The notes beneath the pieces are model-generated. The model had not been told where the DNA came from and did no database searches. It saw only the letters and a list, made by a program, of their open reading frames with translations. The position numbers and the translations under genes were made by a program. DNA of 14,554 bases, from IMG/VR virus record IMGVR_UViG_3300046810_000041, positions 64,001 to 78,554 of that record; one strand, 5' to 3'. Shown here piece after piece: positions 8,489-13,439 of this stretch; position 1 is the stretch's first letter, and each line of letters opens with the position of its first letter. The DNA is from a virus. Its lineage: Duplodnaviria > Heunggongvirae > Uroviricota > Caudoviricetes.

Positions 8489-8983
8489 ATGAACTACCAA
8501 GAAGCTTTAAACAATATTGAGACTGGTGACCTGATTGCAGTAAAGGGCACTGAAGGATTTCTTACTCCATTCACGCGCTTCTTTACGCGATCTGATTACA
8601 CTCATGTGGGTATCGCTTATTGGATGAACGGGAAACTGTGGATGGTGGAAATCAATGGTGGGAAGAACCATCTTATTCCAATGACACAGCTAGCAGATGA
8701 GAAGTTTGATGTATTTAAATGTCCCATCGAAGACAAGGCTCGCGTAGAAGTGGCCATTGAGCTGTCTCTCAAGGATAAGATTCCTTACGGCTACCTTGCT
8801 TTGTTCGTAGTAGGATTAATTAACTACCTCAGGATTAAAGTATTTATACATGCAAGGCGCATTCTCGAATGTGCTGGATTCTGTGTAATGATTTACGAAA
8901 CTGCAGGGTGGCCAGAGCACACTAGGATTCTGTCACCGAAAGACTTGACGGAATTTCTTCAGCTTAAGGTCTCTGTCTACTGA
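8489..8983 (+). CDS. Permuted papain-like NlpC/P60 peptidase/amidase (YaeF/YiiX, C92-like)
   Basis: It has an N-terminal 'TGDLI' motif, His in SDYTHVGI preceding Cys in LECAGF (permuted order), a 'PYG' element and a C-terminal 'SPKDL'. Confidence 0.75.
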   Translation: MNYQEALNNIETGDLIAVKGTEGFLTPFTRFFTRSDYTHVGIAYWMNGKLWMVEINGGKNHLIPMTQLADEKFDVFKCPIEDKARVEVAIELSLKDKIPYGYLALFVVGLINYLRIKVFIHARRILECAGFCVMIYETAGWPEHTRILSPKDLTEFLQLKVSVY

Positions 8984-9064
8984 AATAGCGAACACTCTCC
9001 TAGAATCTGAGGGTGTTCTCCGCCCTGAAATTTAATACAATATATTAAGTGAAGGCTAAACAAG

Positions 9065-9412
9065 ATGGAACAAGGATCTATTATGGAGCAAATGCTGTTG
9101 CAGCTCGGAGCTCTTAACCAGAGGCTTCAGACCACAGAACAACGGTTTGATAGTCTTTCTGAAGATCTTAAGCAAGTAAAAGATACTTCGGACGAAGAGA
9201 ATCGTGCTAGGAAGGAGGACTACAAGGAGCTCAAAACACAGGTGACCGAGACCAAGGAAATGATCAAGGAAATGTCGGATGTGTTTGAGACCTTAAAGTC
9301 AGGTATTAAGGTACTAGGCTGGCTTGGCAACTTTGCTAAGTGGGTTGGGGGTATCGTTGCAGCAGGTGCGGCGATCTATACGTTCTATGAAAAACTGAGA
9401 GGAAGGGCTTAA
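9065..9412 (+). CDS. Lysis-cassette membrane protein (coiled coil plus C-terminal TM; holin/antiholin-like)
   Basis: A long heptad-rich charged N-terminus is followed by hydrophobic WVGGIVAAGAAIYTFY and a basic tail. It is the first gene of the lysis cassette. The start may be 9083 (better SD). Confidence 0.55.
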   Translation: MEQGSIMEQMLLQLGALNQRLQTTEQRFDSLSEDLKQVKDTSDEENRARKEDYKELKTQVTETKEMIKEMSDVFETLKSGIKVLGWLGNFAKWVGGIVAAGAAIYTFYEKLRGRA

Positions 9413-9413
9413 T

Positions 9414-9881
9414 ATGCTTTCTGCACTTATTACATTTCTCGGAGGCTCTGTCTTCCGAATGATCTGGGGTGAACTGTCTGCTTTCTTGAATAAGAAGGAA
9501 GATCATACCCAGGAACTGGCTTTGCTTAAGGCCACCACAGAAGCTGATCAAGCTGCTCACCAGCGTAGTCTGGAAAACATGCGTCTCCAAAGTGAGCTCG
9601 GTGTCAAGCAAATCGAGGTCCAATCAGATGCTCATATCGCTGAAACTGATTCACTGTCCTTCTTGGAAGCTCAGAAGAGTGCATTCGTTAAAACAGGCAT
9701 CATGCTGGTAGATGCATGGAATGGTGTTGTGCGTCCTGCTTACGCTACCGTGGCACTTGGCCTGTGGGTCATGAAGCTGCATGTACAAGGCTACAAGATG
9801 GATGACTTCGATATCAGTATGGTCGGTGTAATCTCCGGCTTCTTCTTTGCTGACCGTTCGCTCAAAAAGTTGGGAAAATAA
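9414..9881 (+). CDS. Putative holin (3-TM GTA-holin-like)
   Basis: N-terminal hydrophobic segment plus the C-terminal 'W(N)G.VRP....' and 'GFFFADRSLKK' signature; directly upstream of the endolysin. Confidence 0.65.
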   Translation: MLSALITFLGGSVFRMIWGELSAFLNKKEDHTQELALLKATTEADQAAHQRSLENMRLQSELGVKQIEVQSDAHIAETDSLSFLEAQKSAFVKTGIMLVDAWNGVVRPAYATVALGLWVMKLHVQGYKMDDFDISMVGVISGFFFADRSLKKLGK

Positions 9882-9882
9882 A

Positions 9883-10329
9883 ATGAATCAAGCAGACTTC
9901 GATAAAGCTATCGAGTTGCTCTGCGCATTGATTCGAAAGTTCGAGGGCTGCAAGCTCATGCCTTACTTCTGCCCTGCAGGTATTCTTACTTGTGGCTGGG
10001 GAAGTACAGGCCCAGATGTAGTGATGGGTAAACCATGGACACAAGAATATGCCGATATGCGTATGAAGAGCGATGCAATCAAGTTCCTCAAAGGTGCTAT
10101 GGCTCTGTGTCCTGGTCTTACTTACAATCAGCTGGCTGCTATTGCAGATTTCTCCTACAATCTAGGTTTAGGCCGTCTTAAGAGCTCCACGCTTAGGAAG
10201 GTAATCAATGCCCGTCAGTACAACCTGGTGGCAACCGAACTCTATAAATGGGTTCGTGGTGGTGGAAAGGTTTTAAAAGGACTTGTCATTCGAAGACAAG
10301 CAGAAGCCTCCCTGTTCGATCAAAAGTAA
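9883..10329 (+). CDS. Endolysin, GH24 (T4/P1-type) lysozyme
   Basis: FEGCKLMPYFCPAGILTCGWG gives an E-8X-C-5X-T triad; also 'DFSYNLG.G...SSTL' and 'W...GG+.L.GL..RR.AE..LF'. The start is placed at ATG 9883, just after the holin stop, rather than 9847. Confidence 0.9.
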   Translation: MNQADFDKAIELLCALIRKFEGCKLMPYFCPAGILTCGWGSTGPDVVMGKPWTQEYADMRMKSDAIKFLKGAMALCPGLTYNQLAAIADFSYNLGLGRLKSSTLRKVINARQYNLVATELYKWVRGGGKVLKGLVIRRQAEASLFDQK

Positions 10330-10335
10330 TACCTT

Positions 10336-10360
10336 CCCCAACCTAACCGTTGGGGTTTTT
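10336..10360 (+). terminator. Intrinsic terminator ending the late/lysis transcript
   Basis: CCCCAAC-CTAACC-GTTGGGG (perfect 7-bp stem) followed by TTTTTATT, 7 nt after the lysozyme stop. Confidence 0.85.
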
Positions 10361-10373
10361 ATTGATGACTATT

Positions 10374-10402
10374 TGCGGGTTTATTAGCATCTTATATGAA
10401 AG
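10374..10402 (+). promoter_or_regulatory. Putative phage-specific promoter, copy 1 (TGCGG-N10-ATCTTATATGAAAG)
   Basis: The motif and spacing are identical to 11683-11711. It is intergenic, right after a terminator and 51 nt before the hydrolase start. Confidence 0.55.
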
Positions 10403-10453
10403 CATCTCAAAACTTTCATGGTTATCGATATAAGTTTATTATGAGGATACAAC

Positions 10454-10972
10454 ATGTTATTAAGAGCTTTTCTAATTTTTATTTTGCTGTTCACGTTTCA
10501 AACAGCACATTGTGAAGTTCGATTCACACAGAAGGATGTAAGATGCCTTACTGAGACCATTTATCAGGAAGCACGTGGTGAAGGTTCTGTCGGTATGATT
10601 GCTGTGGGTCACACGGTAATAAACCGACTGAAAGCTAAATGGGCTAAAACGGTTTGTGGAATCATATACCAGAAGAATCAGTTCTCTTGGACTTCCAGCA
10701 AGTTGGCCGTGGCGTCAGAGCCAGCCGACAAGGAGGCCCGGAGGCTAGCCAGGTTGGTCGCAGTAAGGCTTTTGGAGGGTGCCCATGGTGAGGGGCTTGA
10801 CGTCACAAACGGTGCCACAGCGTTCCACTCTGCACGACTGGCGAGGCGTCCGTCCTGGACTCGAAAGTCAAAGCGCGTAGCTAAGATTGGCAATCATGTG
10901 TTTTACATCTTACCAAGTAAGGAGGATAAACGTGTTAAATCATATTCAGCGCAAACTCTTGCGAATCTTTAA
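10454..10972 (+). CDS. SleB-like cell wall hydrolase (Hydrolase_2 family) with signal peptide
   Basis: CL...IYQEARGE...G..AVG..V.NR......TVC..IYQ..QFSW, GAT.FHS, PSW and KIGNH.FY motifs; hydrophobic N-terminus ending A-H-C; SD GAGGA. Confidence 0.9.
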   Translation: MLLRAFLIFILLFTFQTAHCEVRFTQKDVRCLTETIYQEARGEGSVGMIAVGHTVINRLKAKWAKTVCGIIYQKNQFSWTSSKLAVASEPADKEARRLARLVAVRLLEGAHGEGLDVTNGATAFHSARLARRPSWTRKSKRVAKIGNHVFYILPSKEDKRVKSYSAQTLANL

Positions 10973-11153
10973 AATCCTAGTATGGTCGCTTGCAGCGATT
11001 GTAATTGGTGCTTACACATTCTCAATCAAGTTCCTGGGAGTTGTAATCTTCAGCAGTGCAGCAGTGTTTGTAATCTCCAAGCTCTCTTGGATCGCTCTGA
11101 TCCTTGGTTTGGTAATTCTTTTTATCTTTGTTCTTCAACGGACTAAGCCTTAG
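10932..11153 (+). CDS. Small multi-TM membrane protein
   Basis: Strong SD AAGGAGG 6 nt before GTG 10932 (the ORF track starts it at 10887); basic N-terminus then about 45 hydrophobic residues. Confidence 0.6.
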   Translation: MLNHIQRKLLRIFKILVWSLAAIVIGAYTFSIKFLGVVIFSSAAVFVISKLSWIALILGLVILFIFVLQRTKP

Positions 11154-11161
11154 GAGGTTGT

Positions 11162-11428
11162 ATGATTGGTTCACTTAGCATGCCGGGACTCGCAAATCCT
11201 GTTGCACCTTACGTGATCAAAGCTCCGACAGAGCAAGAAATGGAAGTCTGGAAGATGGTGTATATCAGCAACAACTACCCGGACCCACACGCAGTGTTCG
11301 CCAAAGCACTTGAGTTGCCAAGGCATGAAGCAAAGAAACGGTGTTATGAAATTCTGTATACCGTGGACTTCCTCCGCCCTCTCGTCGATCAGATGTCGGG
11401 CGGTTCTTTAAAGTACGTAATCGAGTAA
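11162..11428 (+). CDS. Hypothetical protein (88 aa, soluble)
   Basis: SD AGGAGG at about 11152-11157; no recognised motif. Confidence 0.7.
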   Translation: MIGSLSMPGLANPVAPYVIKAPTEQEMEVWKMVYISNNYPDPHAVFAKALELPRHEAKKRCYEILYTVDFLRPLVDQMSGGSLKYVIE

Positions 11429-11485
11429 TACACAGGCCGCTAGTATAGGGCCTAAATTATTATAATATACACCAAGAGGATAATC

Positions 11486-11668
11486 ATGAGCAATACTAAA
11501 TACACCATCAACGAATTCAACAACGCACGTACCAACCAAGAAGTAGAAACAAAGGCGATTCGTATCATGGATCGTATTGAGACTTTCGTAATACGAGCCT
11601 TTGGTGGCCTTGTTTTGGTGATTGGTGTCATTGCAATCATCAATCATGTAGTAGAAAACTTTGGTTAA
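11486..11668 (+). CDS. Small protein with C-terminal TM helix
   Basis: SD GAGGA; AFGGLVLVIGVIAIINHVV hydrophobic segment. Confidence 0.7.
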   Translation: MSNTKYTINEFNNARTNQEVETKAIRIMDRIETFVIRAFGGLVLVIGVIAIINHVVENFG

Positions 11669-11682
11669 ACTCAACCAAAAAC

Positions 11683-11711
11683 TGCGGAAAAAGTGGTATC
11701 TTATATGAAAG
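11683..11711 (+). promoter_or_regulatory. Putative phage-specific promoter, copy 2 (TGCGG-N10-ATCTTATATGAAAG)
   Basis: Matches 10374-10402 at all 19 motif positions with the same 10-nt spacer; intergenic. Confidence 0.55.
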
Positions 11712-11789
11712 ATCTCTCTAGTACACTAGTTCGGCTTTTTAGGCTTCACGCTAGTACTACTATTTAAGACTTTCAGGCCGCAAGGTCTT

Positions 11790-11810
11790 GGGTCCATTCC
11801 GGGCCCTTTT
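11790..11810 (+). terminator. Putative intrinsic terminator
   Basis: GGGTCC-ATTCC-GGGCCC (6 bp, one G.U) followed by TTTTATTG. Confidence 0.6.
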
Positions 11811-11868
11811 ATTGTGTTGTTAATATACACCGAGTTAGTCTTCTAACTCACTACTAGAAAGAAATAAA

Positions 11869-12054
11869 ATGTATCAAGCATACAACGTAATCGCAGTTGT
11901 CGTAGAAGCACCTGTCACTGTAACTGTCCGCTGCAAGGACTGCAATACCATCTTCGGTCGTCCGCGTAAGATGTCGTTGGACGCAGCACGTCGCTTGAAA
12001 GCTCAATGGGACTTCCACCACATGGATGGTGAGTACTTCATGAGCATCGAGTAA
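11869..12054 (+). CDS. Small hypothetical protein with CxxC and HH
   Basis: 61 aa; RCKDC and FHHM; host-optimal-looking codons; preceded by the hairpin GAGTTAG-TCTT-CTAACTC (11832-11849); weak SD. Confidence 0.65.
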   Translation: MYQAYNVIAVVVEAPVTVTVRCKDCNTIFGRPRKMSLDAARRLKAQWDFHHMDGEYFMSIE

Positions 12055-12058
12055 AGTT

Positions 12059-12104
12059 TTACTCTGAGGGTATTATGAGTGCCCTCTAGGTAGCGCTTTG
12101 CTAC
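12059..12104 (+). repeat. Intergenic double-hairpin element, copy 1
   Basis: TTACTCT GAGGGTA-TTATGAG-TGCCCTC TAG GTAGC-GCTTT-GCTAC. Confidence 0.95.
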
Positions 12105-12132
12105 ATATTGTTAATTTGATAGGATACATGAA

Positions 12133-12315
12133 ATGGAACTGTTCATCATCGCTGTAATCGTAGTTGGTCTGGCAATCTTCGCTGCAGCTGTAGCAACTCA
12201 AGAGTTTAAGTGCTTCCGCAACCGTGCTAAACTCCGTGCCAAGAAAGTTGCGAAAATGAAGAAGGTCTTCAATGATCGCCGTAACCCGGACATCACTGAT
12301 GTGATCTTCAGCTAA
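12133..12315 (+). CDS. Small membrane-anchored basic protein
   Basis: SD AGGA 8 nt upstream; N-terminal TM (LFIIAVIVVGLAIFAAAVA) then a Lys/Arg-rich helix. Confidence 0.75.
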   Translation: MELFIIAVIVVGLAIFAAAVATQEFKCFRNRAKLRAKKVAKMKKVFNDRRNPDITDVIFS

Positions 12316-12318
12316 GCT

Positions 12319-12364
12319 TTACTCGAAGGGTATTATGAGTGCCCTTTAGGTAGCGCTTTGCTAC
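12319..12364 (+). repeat. Intergenic double-hairpin element, copy 2
   Basis: TTACTCG AAGGGTA-TTATGAG-TGCCCTT TAG GTAGC-GCTTT-GCTAC; 43/46 identical to copy 1. Confidence 0.95.
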
Positions 12365-12385
12365 ATAACCGTTAGGAGAAATACA

Positions 12386-12649
12386 ATGCCATTCCCAATC
12401 CTCATCCTCTGGATCTTCGGTGCAATCGCTGGTGCTTGGTCGATCCAATGGATCATCGCAGCTCTGGCTTCGAAGTACGTCCCGGTTTATCTCTTCGGGC
12501 TGTTTGCAGTATCACAGGCAACGGCAATCTTCATTGTCAAGTCTTTGATCCTGGTAGGTCTGCTGACTGTGATCTTTGCAGTCGCATTCGGTGTCTGGAT
12601 GCTGGTACGCAAGATTCGCTCGCGTAACTTCCGTCTGGGTGCAGCATGA
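12386..12649 (+). CDS. Small multi-TM membrane protein
   Basis: SD AGGAG; about 3 hydrophobic segments and a basic C-terminus (RKIRSRNFR). Confidence 0.75.
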   Translation: MPFPILILWIFGAIAGAWSIQWIIAALASKYVPVYLFGLFAVSQATAIFIVKSLILVGLLTVIFAVAFGVWMLVRKIRSRNFRLGAA

Positions 12650-12750
12650 AAGCAGCGCTGATCTTGTTCGCAGTTGGTCTGGTTGTGTTCCGTCTTCGGG
12701 TGGCATACAAGCGTAATCAATTGAAGAAACAGCAAGTCTACTACGAGTAA
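12646..12750 (+). CDS. 34-aa single-TM basic peptide (not in ORF track)
   Basis: ATGA overlap with the upstream stop; MKAALILFAVGLVVFRLRVAYKRNQLKKQQVYYE*; the stop lies immediately before repeat copy 3, as for the other copies. Confidence 0.65.
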   Translation: MKAALILFAVGLVVFRLRVAYKRNQLKKQQVYYE

Positions 12751-12754
12751 GACT

Positions 12755-12800
12755 TTACCTCGAGGGTATTATGAGTACCCTCCGTGTAGCGTCTTGCTAC
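12755..12800 (+). repeat. Intergenic double-hairpin element, copy 3
   Basis: TTACCTC GAGGGTA-TTATGAG-TACCCTC CGT GTAGC-GTCTT-GCTAC; 37/46 identical to copy 1. Confidence 0.95.
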
Positions 12801-12822
12801 TTACACTCATCATGGAGAATAC

Positions 12823-13161
12823 ATGAACACGCTGGAAATCTTGAAAGCAGCAAAAGAAAAGATTGCAACTGAAGCAACCTGGACAAACAAAGTGATTTGC
12901 CGTGATAAAGACGGTAATCCGTGTGGTAAGTTTCAGGCCGTGCAGTTCTCGTCGTTCGCAGCACTGTGGGCCGTTAACGGACATACCCTCGAAGCAATTT
13001 ATGCAGAGGTTCTTCTGCAACGGCAGATGGGTGGTGATATCTTTGAATTCGAAGACAATCACACTCATGCCGAAGTAATTCAAGCGTGGGATAAGGCGAT
13101 CGCTGAGGCAACCATTTGCCATGAGCACAACTTCATCCCGAATATGTACATTGAAATGTAA
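12823..13161 (+). CDS. Hypothetical phage protein, DUF6197-like
   Basis: SD GGAGA; the EIL.AA+E.I.....WT.....RD.DG...F....AL and I..F.D..THAEV....D.AI pattern is recalled from DUF6197-type phage proteins. Confidence 0.55.
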   Translation: MNTLEILKAAKEKIATEATWTNKVICRDKDGNPCGKFQAVQFSSFAALWAVNGHTLEAIYAEVLLQRQMGGDIFEFEDNHTHAEVIQAWDKAIAEATICHEHNFIPNMYIEM

Positions 13162-13179
13162 AATCAAAAGGAATATATC

Positions 13180-13386
13180 ATGAGCAAATTTAGCAAACTG
13201 AACACCCGTCAGAAATTCATCGCAATCGTTCTGCTTCTGGTGTTCTTCGCAGTCTTTATGATCGCTCTGCCGTTGATTGGTATTGCAATCGGAATCAGCA
13301 TCGTTGCAGGTTTGATCACCAAGATCATCCTGAAGTTCTACAAGCCGCGTCTGCGTATTTATGTGCCGCCTGCGCAGCTGAAGTAA
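13180..13386 (+). CDS. Small 2-TM membrane protein
   Basis: SD AAGGA; basic N-terminus, about 38 hydrophobic residues, basic C-terminus. Confidence 0.75.
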   Translation: MSKFSKLNTRQKFIAIVLLLVFFAVFMIALPLIGIAIGISIVAGLITKIILKFYKPRLRIYVPPAQLK

Positions 13387-13439
13387 AACAGGACGTCCTG
13401 AAAGTCCCTTCGTAGTAACCAACCCAAGGAGCAAATAGC

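Noticed and set aside
9847-9882. Longer N-terminus for the lysozyme (ORF-track start 9847)
   Set aside because: It uses a non-ATG start inside the holin gene with no SD; ATG 9883 follows the holin stop like the other coupled genes.
10887-10931. ORF-track start for the membrane protein at 10887
   Set aside because: A strong AAGGAGG SD points to GTG 10932 instead.
12059-12800. Triplicated element as a CRISPR repeat or integron attC
   Set aside because: The intervals are 214 and 390 nt and contain RBS-led ORFs, not 30-40 nt spacers. There are no cas or integrase genes in the window and no RYYYAAC...GTTRRRY cores.
12059-12800. Triplicated element as a sigma70 promoter (TTTACT / TATTAT)
   Set aside because: The -35-like and -10-like hexamers are only about 7 nt apart, and the sequence 17 nt upstream of TATTAT is not TTGACA-like.
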